From NCBI GenBank assembly GCA_963527735.1, contig CAURTM010000001.1, forward strand, positions 11,815 to 75,814: a stretch of 64,000 nt of DNA, read 5' to 3'. Shown piece after piece: positions 1 to 9,254 of this stretch. The notes under the pieces were generated by a model. It was given only the letters and a program-made list of their open reading frames with translations. It ran no database searches and was not told the DNA's origin. The stretch comes from an uncultured Streptococcus sp. (GTDB lineage Bacteria > Bacillota > Bacilli > Lactobacillales > Streptococcaceae). Every line of letters starts with the position of its first letter. Within the stretch, counting starts at the first letter, position 1. A program made the position numbers and the translations under genes.

Positions 1-118
1 TATCACCCAAATGGTCACCGTCAAGTTCACGAGTGAAGAAAGAAAACGGCTTGTCACATTGAATAGAGACTTCCGTCTTGCCAACTTTATAAAATTTATT
101 TACTAATACAAATTCCAT
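1..118 (-). CDS. Phage protein downstream of tail fibre genes (DUF1366-like), 5' part only
   Basis: Manual translation MEFVLVNKFYKVGKTEVSIQCDKPFSFFTRELDGDHLGD..., GGAGG RBS upstream; runs off window. Confidence 0.6.
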   Translation of the reverse strand, partial: MEFVLVNKFYKVGKTEVSIQCDKPFSFFTRELDGDHLGD

Positions 119-119
119 G

Positions 120-563
120 TTAATGTCCTCCTGATAGTTTAATATAAATGTCTAGCGAATCACCATTTGTGAAATTTCTCTTGAATTCATCTCTCTGATT
201 TATGTCTGTAAACTCAATATAAAGCCCAGGTGCTTTGTTTATTCCTCCTGAATAATTATTTAAATAATCATTTGAATAATGTGTATATGCATATCTTGCG
301 TATACAACTCTTTTTACACCATTTTTGGGTTTTATATTAATTTTTGTTTTGGTTATTTTGCTTCGGTTTCGATATTTATCATCGAATGTCCCATCGTTAT
401 TGGTTGTGTTTAAAACTAAAAAATCGCTTGAGATTGTTCGGAGACTTAAATCTCGAAAGCTCCCAACAAATATCCACTTCTCCTTCTCCCAAACTAACCT
501 TGAACCAACATATCGCTCTACAATCTCATGTCCTCCGACATAGATTCCTTCTCTTGTAGCCAT
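120..563 (-). CDS. Putative tail-fibre tip/receptor-binding accessory protein
   Basis: N-terminal GIYVGGHEIVERYVGSRLVW motif, AT-rich C-terminal part, position after fibre genes. Confidence 0.5.
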   Translation of the reverse strand: MATREGIYVGGHEIVERYVGSRLVWEKEKWIFVGSFRDLSLRTISSDFLVLNTTNNDGTFDDKYRNRSKITKTKINIKPKNGVKRVVYARYAYTHYSNDYLNNYSGGINKAPGLYIEFTDINQRDEFKRNFTNGDSLDIYIKLSGGH

Positions 564-571
564 AGCATCAC

Positions 572-1051
572 CTACTCATACACATCATAGATTGTGTTGG
601 GGTCCTTTGTACTGATTGCATTATACTGTGTTTTAGATCCATACCAGTACTTCATTTGTTGATTTCCGTTTTGGTTAATCAGCTTGTGTGCAACTACTTC
701 GGACGGTGTACTTGGGATTCCAAGCGCTGACCTGTTTACTCGTAAAACACCCGAGCTATCGACTGTAATCGTTGAATTATCAGGTCGCACCACACCAGCC
801 TGCCCACTAGTTGCAGTTTTGGCTTTCATCACACCATTTGACACCTCTGTTGTCTGGTTATCAGGTCTGACAATCCCGTTTGAGTTTGATGTAGCTACTG
901 ATACATTGCTACTGATTCCATTCTTTAATGCCTGCACAGACACTTTTTTCAACCCACGACCATCATGAATCATGATGTTGTCCGAGTTGTTGACCTGACT
1001 AGCCTGTGGCAAATCAGTTACTTTTCGTGTCTGTGTACTAATTACTGCCAT
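572..1051 (-). CDS. Tail fibre protein
   Basis: Two ATxxxxGxVRPDNxT repeats, C-terminal WYGSKTQYNAISTKDPNTIY fibre motif; start moved to ATG 1051 behind GGAGG. Confidence 0.65.
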   Translation of the reverse strand: MAVISTQTRKVTDLPQASQVNNSDNIMIHDGRGLKKVSVQALKNGISSNVSVATSNSNGIVRPDNQTTEVSNGVMKAKTATSGQAGVVRPDNSTITVDSSGVLRVNRSALGIPSTPSEVVAHKLINQNGNQQMKYWYGSKTQYNAISTKDPNTIYDVYE

Positions 1052-1052
1052 C

Positions 1053-1598
1053 TTATACCTCCATAATGTATTTCCAATCTGCGACAATCACACGGCCATT
1101 TTCATCCGCAAGTAAGGTATGTTCTGTACCGTCGTCTGTACGAATCGGAGCAGTGAAGTCGTTCTGTAAGAACATGTACTCAATAGCATTTAGTCTATCT
1201 TCGTGCTCCTGAAACTCACGCTTCAAGGCCTCTACAGACTCATAACTTGCTTGTCTAACGTTGTCTACGTTACCCAGACCAACTTGATGCTTCGTAACGC
1301 TATGTGGGTTGTTGCGATTGTTTAAGTGATTGTTGAAATCTTGCTTACTTGCTTGTTCGACGTTTGCGACATTCCCTAGCCCCACTTGTTGTTTAGTGAC
1401 ACCGTGTGGGTTGTTGCGGTTGTTGATGTGACCAGTTAGATCAACCTTCTCAGCCTTGCTTCTAGTGAACTCGTCAATCTTTTCGGGAAGACCGTCGATG
1501 TCTGCTACCCTGTGCCTGTGACTTGAATCGGCTTTGTTTTCCCAACGTTGCGCGTCTTCAACGCCAATGATGTCTCTCGATCTCCAGATTTTAGCCAT
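1053..1598 (-). CDS. Tail fibre/baseplate-linked protein with HxxNxxNPHxVTKxQVGLGNV repeats
   Basis: Two tandem copies of the phage tail-fibre repeat. Confidence 0.75.
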   Translation of the reverse strand: MAKIWRSRDIIGVEDAQRWENKADSSHRHRVADIDGLPEKIDEFTRSKAEKVDLTGHINNRNNPHGVTKQQVGLGNVANVEQASKQDFNNHLNNRNNPHSVTKHQVGLGNVDNVRQASYESVEALKREFQEHEDRLNAIEYMFLQNDFTAPIRTDDGTEHTLLADENGRVIVADWKYIMEV

Positions 1599-1866
1599 CT
1601 GTTAGCACCTCCAGTCTATATTTGAATCGTGTTGTTGTTTCAATCGGAACGTACACATCAATGACAGACTGAGGTACGTTTGAACTGTCTAGTAACTCAA
1701 TCTTATTGATTTCTCTGATTGAGTCTGGCACCAAGAAATCAATCAACACAAAACGTTGCTCTCGTCGTTTCTGTATCGTCACAATTTGATTATTGTTCAG
1801 TCTTGCTTTGTTGATTTTAGCTAGTACGGTTTCTGTAACTGTATTTAGTAACGCTTCTTTAATCAT
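1591..1866 (-). CDS. Baseplate-region hypothetical protein
   Basis: ORF coupled to neighbours; ATG at 1866 with GGAGG RBS. Confidence 0.6.
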   Translation of the reverse strand: MIKEALLNTVTETVLAKINKARLNNNQIVTIQKRREQRFVLIDFLVPDSIREINKIELLDSSNVPQSVIDVYVPIETTTRFKYRLEVLTDG

Positions 1867-2452
1867 TGAATAAAACCTCCTCTTGTGGCCCTTCATACTC
1901 AAAAGGTGTCACTCCTACAACTGCATAACCTGCTCTAGCGAAATCTACTGACGTCTTGAATAACCGTTCTTTCAGCTTGACTCGTTCTGTTACTGTCGGG
2001 ATATGTGTATACCCCATATTTGCTGGCTTGATTGCATTGACAAAAATAACTGACTCTCTGAAAAGTCCGCTCGTTTCTGCACCGGACTCAATCAGTAAAA
2101 CCTGATTAGCGAAATCTACTGAAGCCTTGTACTTTCCTTTGCCAAAAAGGTCGTCTAATTTGCGAATTAAAAACCACCATGAAAATGGTGGCCTCATATT
2201 GATCCGCAACAAGACACGCTCTCTTCTCCACTCCAACGTATCGTCGGTGCGAGCAACAATGCCGTAGACTTCTTCAAATTTCGTTAACGTAGGAACATCG
2301 CAGAGCATAATGAACTGATTCCTGATGAACTGCTCTAACGATATAGTTCCGTCTTTAAACAGAGCATTTTCAACCCGAACCAGTTCTTTCATATCTTTGA
2401 CGCCCTCGTAGTAATCTGGAACGTATTCAGATAAGTTTACTTCTTTTACCAT
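1859..2452 (-). CDS. Baseplate wedge protein (XkdU/DUF2313-like)
   Basis: Follows baseplate J; TLEWRRERVL and IKPANM motifs. Confidence 0.8.
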   Translation of the reverse strand: MVKEVNLSEYVPDYYEGVKDMKELVRVENALFKDGTISLEQFIRNQFIMLCDVPTLTKFEEVYGIVARTDDTLEWRRERVLLRINMRPPFSWWFLIRKLDDLFGKGKYKASVDFANQVLLIESGAETSGLFRESVIFVNAIKPANMGYTHIPTVTERVKLKERLFKTSVDFARAGYAVVGVTPFEYEGPQEEVLFND

Positions 2453-3579
2453 TAAACTGTCCTCACTGTTCCTTTATACGGCAATTGTTGTAATTGCCCT
2501 GTGAAAACAAGCGCTAGGTCAGCTTCACGGTTGTTCAGTTTCATCTTATCAACGTTTGCGATACCGTTAATAGTCAGTAACTTGGCCATTAACTGAGAGC
2601 GATAGATTTTCATACTGTAGGTGTTAACATCTGAGTATTGCGCCCAGTTCTTTCTCAAGTCTAAGAAATACTGGTCTAGTGTCTTGTCTACCAGTTCTTT
2701 CACTTGATTTAACTGATATCCTGTCATCAACTCAAGTTTAAACTCAATATCAATCGGGAATCGTGTCGCAGTCGTAACCGTCACACGATGATTAATAGGA
2801 GCAAGTCCGACACCTTTTCCAGTATATTCTAATGGATCCAGAACATTTTGCACTTTCTTGATTGTCTCGGTAGATGCCAAGTTTAAGTCGTTGTCTAAAA
2901 CAACCACTTTAACCGTTCCTGAGCCATTCCAAACTGGATAAACCTGAACTGCGCCAACACCGTCAATTTCACGGACACGCTGAACGTACTCAATGAAGTT
3001 ACCGCCAAAAGGCTTCTCATTGACGTAAATCAAGAAACGCTTCCTCAATTCATCGTCAGTTTCTTCATCTTGGCCAGAGGTAACGATTTCCCCTAAGACC
3101 GCAGTGGCAAGGTTTCTGTAGTTCTCCAAGGGCAAGATATTACCATAGTAGCGATTTCCGACAACGCCAGTCGTCTCACACTCTACTTCATACTTGCCAG
3201 CTACATTAGTTGCACGAACTACCTTGTAGATGAGTGCAGCATCGTCAATTGTCGCAAAACGAGAACCCAAAGCGATTTGTACGCCTTCTTTTCTCTCGTT
3301 TTTAAACTCCGCAAAGCGTACCGCTTTTTTTGACGGATAACGATGTAGACCGAACTCTTCCACCTTGTAGTCTAGATATTGGCCAATAGCAGTCTGTGGA
3401 AATGTATCTAGCAGTAGATTTTTCAACTGCAAATAAAAACCAGCTAACTCGTAACAAGCAGGCGCCAATGCGTCATAGATGATAGAACCTTCCCGTGTAT
3501 CAATATTTTCATTGACACGAGAAAGAGCGTCATTCATCAGATAATCAAACGTATATTTTTCTAAGAAATCACCTATCAT
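2452..3579 (-). CDS. Baseplate J/gp47 family protein (XkdT-like)
   Basis: DTREGSIIYDALAP, GQDEETDDELRKR, VYPVWNGSGTVKV motifs. Confidence 0.92.
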   Translation of the reverse strand: MIGDFLEKYTFDYLMNDALSRVNENIDTREGSIIYDALAPACYELAGFYLQLKNLLLDTFPQTAIGQYLDYKVEEFGLHRYPSKKAVRFAEFKNERKEGVQIALGSRFATIDDAALIYKVVRATNVAGKYEVECETTGVVGNRYYGNILPLENYRNLATAVLGEIVTSGQDEETDDELRKRFLIYVNEKPFGGNFIEYVQRVREIDGVGAVQVYPVWNGSGTVKVVVLDNDLNLASTETIKKVQNVLDPLEYTGKGVGLAPINHRVTVTTATRFPIDIEFKLELMTGYQLNQVKELVDKTLDQYFLDLRKNWAQYSDVNTYSMKIYRSQLMAKLLTINGIANVDKMKLNNREADLALVFTGQLQQLPYKGTVRTV

Positions 3580-3961
3580 TAATCAGCGTCACCTCCTTTT
3601 CAACTTTAAATAAACCGGATATAGTATGGACTTCAAAGACACAAAGCAAGCTGTCCTTGGTTTGCTGCTCGATGAAGAAATTTTGGACACTTTTAATTCT
3701 TGTATCAACTAACAAGGCTTGAGAAATTGTTCTCTCAAGGTCAGCTTTTACAAAATCATAAGGCTTTCCAATCAAGCGCTCCAATTCTACTCCATAGTTC
3801 GAAGAGTAGATAACCCACTCAAACCGTTCTGTAAGCAGAATCTTTTCAACTGCTTGCCTCATGGCTTCTAAGCCGTCAATATATCCGTGTATTCTGCCAT
3901 TTTTCACTTGATAAGTGTAGGATGGCAAAACAACTTCTTCAATGTTTCGTATATCTACCAT
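3569..3961 (-). CDS. Baseplate protein XkdS/DUF2634-like
   Basis: EAMRQAVEKILLTERF...IYSSNYGVELERLIG motif; synteny. Confidence 0.85.
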   Translation of the reverse strand: MVDIRNIEEVVLPSYTYQVKNGRIHGYIDGLEAMRQAVEKILLTERFEWVIYSSNYGVELERLIGKPYDFVKADLERTISQALLVDTRIKSVQNFFIEQQTKDSLLCVFEVHTISGLFKVEKEVTLINDR

Positions 3962-3963
3962 CT

Positions 3964-4266
3964 TCACTCCATCCTTTGTAAAACGTAGTATAATTGCCCG
4001 TTCTGGGCTTTAATCATTAAGACTTTGTCTCCTGCTTCAAGATCACGAAAAACAATCCATCTCTTGTTGTCCCCTTCAGTATCTCCAGTACGTAGTTCTT
4101 TAACCATCGGGCTTAGAACTAAAAAAGACTCTGGGATTTCAAGTTTATTATTAACCTTGATTGTTAGAGGAGAAACAGATGTGACAGAGCCAAAAACAAT
4201 ATCTGTTCTGTCTGTCCCATCATCTACTCCTTGCGCCAAAAGGCGTGCTAATAACTCTCCTGCCAT
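3964..4266 (-). CDS. Baseplate spike protein XkdR/DUF2577-like
   Basis: FGSVTSVSPLTIKV and LEAGDKVLM...GQLYYVL motifs; ATG 4266. Confidence 0.8.
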   Translation of the reverse strand: MAGELLARLLAQGVDDGTDRTDIVFGSVTSVSPLTIKVNNKLEIPESFLVLSPMVKELRTGDTEGDNKRWIVFRDLEAGDKVLMIKAQNGQLYYVLQRME

Positions 4267-5234
4267 TATTCCAGCGTCCTCAATTCTAAATCCATTGTAT
4301 GCACCTTGTCCCACTTGTGGGTACATTTAGAGATGATGCCAAGACTGTTCTTCTTAATCCCTTCAGACTCTAAATCAGCAAAATCCAGCACAACACTGTT
4401 GCCAGCACTGATTCCAAGATGTCCTAAACAAGGAACTTTAAAAGTCTTTTTAGGATGATTCTTAGCTTTCAATAAGAGTTCAGCCTTTTGTTGAATCTGA
4501 CTCTCATTCATCTTTTCATCCACTTTTTCGTGGTACTGCAACTTGCCCCAAAGAGCAACATTTTTAGAATCTTTCACGACGTAAACTTCACGCTTCTTAC
4601 TCTCTTTGTTGTCTTTAGTCAACTTCACATAGTTGAAACTATCATCGATAGAGCCTTCATAGTCAAAGTCTGTAGCTACGCTATCATCACCAATCACTAA
4701 ATCAGTAATCAGCGAATTCAAGGCTATATGCTCGACTGTACCAAAGTTATCCCTGATGATGTACCACATGCCACCATGAATCAAAGTTAAGTCCAAAGCG
4801 TTCTGGATCATCGCAAAATAAGTTTTCTTATCTTCGATTTTCTCCGGACACGTCCAGTTCCCTTCATCAACAACCTTGTACTCAAGTTCTGATATTTCAC
4901 AAATCTTACTAAAGATTTCATGACTTTTAGAGGCTTCAAACACGATTGTGTCGGTGTTTTTCAGGTACCTCATTCTGTCATAAGCAGTAACCGACCATTT
5001 CTTGGCTGATTTCCGCTTTTTCTTGAAAACTTTACCGTAAAACACGCCCTTATCATCCACCTTGAAGCGAATAACATCCCCAAAGTTACAAGCAACCTGC
5101 GAGTCTATGATCATATCAAACTCAAGTTTTCCCGGCTGAAAATCAATGTTGGTTTCCCATTTGACACCTCCGACCAACTCAGTAATATCAAAGACTTTAC
5201 CGTCGTTCACATCTTGAATCAGAAATTCCATCAT
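4266..5234 (-). CDS. Baseplate hub protein XkdQ/YqbQ-like
   Basis: VTAYDRMRYLKN, WGKLQY motifs; synteny. Confidence 0.85.
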   Translation of the reverse strand: MMEFLIQDVNDGKVFDITELVGGVKWETNIDFQPGKLEFDMIIDSQVACNFGDVIRFKVDDKGVFYGKVFKKKRKSAKKWSVTAYDRMRYLKNTDTIVFEASKSHEIFSKICEISELEYKVVDEGNWTCPEKIEDKKTYFAMIQNALDLTLIHGGMWYIIRDNFGTVEHIALNSLITDLVIGDDSVATDFDYEGSIDDSFNYVKLTKDNKESKKREVYVVKDSKNVALWGKLQYHEKVDEKMNESQIQQKAELLLKAKNHPKKTFKVPCLGHLGISAGNSVVLDFADLESEGIKKNSLGIISKCTHKWDKVHTMDLELRTLE

Positions 5235-5923
5235 AGGACTTGCACCGAATCAGCAGTAACCCAACCACGCCAACCGCCATCCAGCATAGTAACGTGATAA
5301 GGATGCGACCCTTTCATATTGATATAATTGACAAGTCTAGTTGCATTTGACTCAGTTTGACCTGGCCCTTGCCCATAACTATCCCTATGCAGTTGCCCAT
5401 TAACAAGCACCTTTGCACCGATAGTCACTTCTTTCTTAGTCGAGGGTGCTTGTTCTTTCTGAGGCTGACTAGCTTTCTTCTCTTCTGATACCTTCTTTTC
5501 GATTTTCACAAACCGCGCCTTGGCCATCTTATACTCTTTGAAAGTGATGTCGTAGTAAACATCCTCATGAATACCAGCTTTTCTTTGTTGCTCAAAACTC
5601 TCAACTGTCGCAAGCATATTGATACCCACACCAGAGATAATCAAGCGACAAGGTTCTTTCCCATCCATGATTTTCTTTAAGAGTCGGACATAGGTTTCAG
5701 GCGTCCCTGATTTATTCAGGACATAAGAGCGGAAAGTGTCTCTAGGGAAGAATGAAGTGAAAGTAACCTCAGAGAGTTTAGGAAAACTCATCTGGGTTAT
5801 TTCTCCTAGCGCAATACTCGTTGTGGACTCGTTATTTGCGCTATTCTTTGTTTTTAGCTCTTCTGGATTGACAGGAAGTTGTGTGACCTGACCTTTGTAC
5901 TCTACGAAAATACCAATCGCCAT
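5231..5923 (-). CDS. Tail tube initiator XkdP-like protein with C-terminal SH3-like domain
   Basis: LPVNPEEL, FTSFFP, DVYYDITFKEY motifs; C-terminal PYHV...GWRGWV. Confidence 0.75.
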   Translation of the reverse strand: MAIGIFVEYKGQVTQLPVNPEELKTKNSANNESTTSIALGEITQMSFPKLSEVTFTSFFPRDTFRSYVLNKSGTPETYVRLLKKIMDGKEPCRLIISGVGINMLATVESFEQQRKAGIHEDVYYDITFKEYKMAKARFVKIEKKVSEEKKASQPQKEQAPSTKKEVTIGAKVLVNGQLHRDSYGQGPGQTESNATRLVNYINMKGSHPYHVTMLDGGWRGWVTADSVQVL

Positions 5924-5936
5924 TTCTTTCTACCTC

Positions 5937-8162
5937 CTACGCAATTCCTAGGTCGCTATCGACCAAACCGACAATCTTTTCTTCAATTCTGTCAACCAAA
6001 TCGTCGATATCCTGTTCAGTAGCGCTATTTTTAGACTCATATTTAACACTAACTTGAGGTGTTAAAACTTGGTAATCAATGATGTACTTACGTTCTGCAA
6101 CATCACGCATCATCTTAATATCTTCGTCTTTCAGCTTGACTTCATCTTCAATCTTACCGACGTTACCAATGTTCTTGCCTTTGCCTAGCTTGTCGCCAAG
6201 ACCACCAGCACCACCAGAAGGAGCACCAGCCCCTGCAGGCGTTTGGTTCATTTGGTCAAATTTAGAAGCAAGTTCGTCTTGTTTCTTCATTTTGTCTCCA
6301 AAACCCTTCATAGCGTCACCGATGCCATTAAAGAAATTCTTTGTTTTTTGGTATGCTGCCACAGAATCAATCATAGGATCCTTCAATCCTTCTGTTGGGT
6401 TATGAAGTTCCAATTCTTTTCTTTTTATACCACCAAAAGAAGCTTTTACAGGCACAGGACCAGGATCTAAACCATCAGCTAGACCTCGAATTGAGTTGCC
6501 AAGTCCTCCATTGTATGACATAGCACCAATTTGACCGACCTCTCCTATTTTAGGAGCACCGGGGATTTTATTTATTGCTCTAATAATCCAGTTTATAGCC
6601 TTAATAGCCCTATTGGCACCAGCTATAAAAGCATTACCTATAGATGTAGCAACGTTAGCTGCGCCATCTGCGATTCTAGCGAAACCATCCAACGTTCCTT
6701 TAGCAAAATCATAAAATGCTTTCTTAATCGCCCAAACTACTGCTAGAAATGTATTTCCAATTGCATCCGATACTTCTATCCCTGCATTATAAAGCCATGT
6801 AAAGACATTGATAATCACAGAGCCTAAGAATACAAACAGGTTGATGACGAATTGTATGTTATTATAAGCAGCTTCTGCTATGTACACAATCATCATGATA
6901 ATTGTTGCAGCAACATCCGCAAAAGAAACCCCCATGTCTGCCAGCGCTTTAGAAATCAATAATACAATTCCTATCATGAGCAACAGGGGCCAATTTGCTA
7001 ATGCCCAAGCGACAAATGCAACATAGCCAGCCCACGCTGCAACCGTTGCTAATAATTCTAAAGCAGTGATTACAAAATCTATGTTCTCAGTAACCCAGTT
7101 CCAGCCTGCAACGAAGAGATTAAAGAGCCATAAAGCTATCTGGCCAATCGCAAACATAGCAGTCTCTAAACCTGCCATGAAGTTTTGTCCAGCGGTACTA
7201 TTAATAAACTCTTGCCATGCTTGAATCAAAGGCTGAAATGCGTATGAAGCTACGTTGCCAATCTGAGTCATCATATCAGCAAAGGTCATCGGCATTTTCG
7301 CAAACTCAGCGTTTGTTTCAACTGCTGAACCAAGCAAGGCACTCTTAAGGATATCTCCTGTTAATTGCCCATCTTTAGCCATCCCCCTCAGTTGACCAAC
7401 GCTGACACCAAGATGTCTAGCTAGTTTTTGGGCAACAAGCGGAGCGTTCTCCATCATAGAGTTGAACTCATCACCACGAAGAACCCCTGAAGCAAGCGCC
7501 TGTGTGATTTGAAGCGTCCCTGCTTTTTGTTGCTCTAAGCTTGCACCACCGATTTTATAAAGTTTATTCAACTGTTCAGCGAATGCAATAGCTTCATCAT
7601 TGCTTTTAAAGGCTTCTCCAGCTTGTAAGCGTAGTTTAGCCACTGAGTCTGCCATGATACCGAAGCCAGTCCTTGAGCGTTGTGTCGCTGCCATGATACT
7701 ATCTTGGAGTTCTTGGCCTGTCTTAGATCCGTCTTCTATTGTCTTAAGCCTTGCCATAGTCTGAATATAATCATCGCCCGACTTAATCAGACCACTCATT
7801 AAATTAGCCATTTGCCTCAAGGCTTGAATAGCAACCATGAAATTTAAAGCACGAGAAATAGAGGTCATTCGACCAAGCATGGATGTAGCAGCGCCTAAGC
7901 CACCAACAAGAGGCCCAGTCGAAGGAAGTTTGGGAGCGATAGGTGGTGCCATTTTAGGCGCTACAGGGCTAGTAGCTTTAGGTGCAGTTAAATTCTTAGG
8001 CATATCTGCTTTGACTTTAATCGTTGCAGTTTGCGTCATCTTCTTGACACGTCTATCCAACTCGCTAAACTTTCCGATAGTTCGATCTATTGTGTTATTA
8101 ATACTGTTCAATGAACTAGAAAATTTATCTTTAAGGGTTAGTGTTTGTGTTAATGTAGCCAT
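5937..8162 (-). CDS. Tape measure protein
   Basis: 741 aa, QALASGVLRGDEFNSMMENAP tape-measure domain, hydrophobic middle. Confidence 0.93.
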   Translation of the reverse strand: MATLTQTLTLKDKFSSSLNSINNTIDRTIGKFSELDRRVKKMTQTATIKVKADMPKNLTAPKATSPVAPKMAPPIAPKLPSTGPLVGGLGAATSMLGRMTSISRALNFMVAIQALRQMANLMSGLIKSGDDYIQTMARLKTIEDGSKTGQELQDSIMAATQRSRTGFGIMADSVAKLRLQAGEAFKSNDEAIAFAEQLNKLYKIGGASLEQQKAGTLQITQALASGVLRGDEFNSMMENAPLVAQKLARHLGVSVGQLRGMAKDGQLTGDILKSALLGSAVETNAEFAKMPMTFADMMTQIGNVASYAFQPLIQAWQEFINSTAGQNFMAGLETAMFAIGQIALWLFNLFVAGWNWVTENIDFVITALELLATVAAWAGYVAFVAWALANWPLLLMIGIVLLISKALADMGVSFADVAATIIMMIVYIAEAAYNNIQFVINLFVFLGSVIINVFTWLYNAGIEVSDAIGNTFLAVVWAIKKAFYDFAKGTLDGFARIADGAANVATSIGNAFIAGANRAIKAINWIIRAINKIPGAPKIGEVGQIGAMSYNGGLGNSIRGLADGLDPGPVPVKASFGGIKRKELELHNPTEGLKDPMIDSVAAYQKTKNFFNGIGDAMKGFGDKMKKQDELASKFDQMNQTPAGAGAPSGGAGGLGDKLGKGKNIGNVGKIEDEVKLKDEDIKMMRDVAERKYIIDYQVLTPQVSVKYESKNSATEQDIDDLVDRIEEKIVGLVDSDLGIA

Positions 8163-8356
8163 CTTCTACCGTCTCCTCCTTCCTCTGCTTTTTCTTTCCA
8201 TTTCTTTGTGTTCCTTTTCTTCTGCCTCTACTCGGATATCGATAAAGGCAAAAATTAAGGCTTTTTCACGCTTTGATAAGCTATCCAAAAAGGACGGAGT
8301 CCAGTTGAATTGATGCAAACAGTAGTAAGCATAACTCAACTCTGCGTCCCCGTCCT

Positions 8357-8761
8357 CTAGTCGTTTTTTGCTTCTTCAACAAGATCATTGATATCTTCAT
8401 CAAATCCGTTAAGCGACTGGATTTCTTGCATTAGGGTAGCATATTCCCCAATCTTCAACATAGCTTTCAAAGTTGCTGCTTCATCCCCAACAGTACGATA
8501 AGACTCTTGTAGTTGAGCGTCTTTTAGGTCTGGCGTAACAACGCAGGCAGACATCAAAGAGTCAATGTACTTATCGTTGTTGAACTCAGGAATAGCAACA
8601 CCTTGACGGTTTTTCTTCTTGATTGTCGCACGTTTCTTCAATGTATCGTTTAGACTTTCGTCAATACTTCGAATGACAAAAGGAGATTTGAACCGCTTAA
8701 GGTGTACTTCCTTTGTTTCTTCTTGCTGAACGTTTTCTAGTAAAAAGTCTGAAATTGCCAT
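8357..8761 (-). CDS. Tail assembly chaperone (XkdN-like); -1 frameshift extension to 8166 predicted
   Basis: Between tail tube and TMP; VVTPDLKDAQLQ motif; A AAA AAC just before the stop. Confidence 0.85.
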   Translation of the reverse strand: MAISDFLLENVQQEETKEVHLKRFKSPFVIRSIDESLNDTLKKRATIKKKNRQGVAIPEFNNDKYIDSLMSACVVTPDLKDAQLQESYRTVGDEAATLKAMLKIGEYATLMQEIQSLNGFDEDINDLVEEAKND

Positions 8762-8776
8762 TTATCTATCCTCTTT

Positions 8777-9241
8777 CTAACCTAATTTAGGCGCATTAAA
8801 TTTTTCCAAGATATCCACATCTTCAAAAGTAAAGTTGACTTCTTCTTCCAAGAAATCTTCCTCAACTTTGAGTTGACCCATCACAACTTCATCAAGGTTA
8901 CATTCACGCAAGATAGTTGTTTGACGACCGATTGAACTTGTCGCATCGTCATTGGTCACTTGGATATCAAAGAATGTATCACGACCATTCTTCATGTAGT
9001 CCAACATCATTTCCTTAAATGTTGAAGTGACACCGTAGATGGTCATCTTGCCCTCGCCCTTGAAACCAGTCGCTTTTACCTGCGTACCACGTTTGTTAAG
9101 GGTGCGGACTTCTTCTTTGTTTTTCTTAACTGTTGCTTCAAGTTCCTTGATATAGAACATGAACTCATTTTTTCCGTCGATGTGAATAAAAGCGGTACCT
9201 TCCTGACCGCTGATTACGTCACGACCTTTTAAAAAAGCCAT
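8777..9241 (-). CDS. Tail tube protein (XkdM-like)
   Basis: DVISGQEG, LEEEVNFTFED motifs. Confidence 0.92.
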   Translation of the reverse strand: MAFLKGRDVISGQEGTAFIHIDGKNEFMFYIKELEATVKKNKEEVRTLNKRGTQVKATGFKGEGKMTIYGVTSTFKEMMLDYMKNGRDTFFDIQVTNDDATSSIGRQTTILRECNLDEVVMGQLKVEEDFLEEEVNFTFEDVDILEKFNAPKLG

Positions 9242-9254
9242 ACTATCTCCTTTC

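Noticed and set aside
120..1598. Diversity-generating retroelement or invertible shufflon acting on tail fibres
   Set aside because: No reverse transcriptase or invertase in the window and no template/variable repeat pair seen; the repeats are ordinary in-frame fibre repeats.
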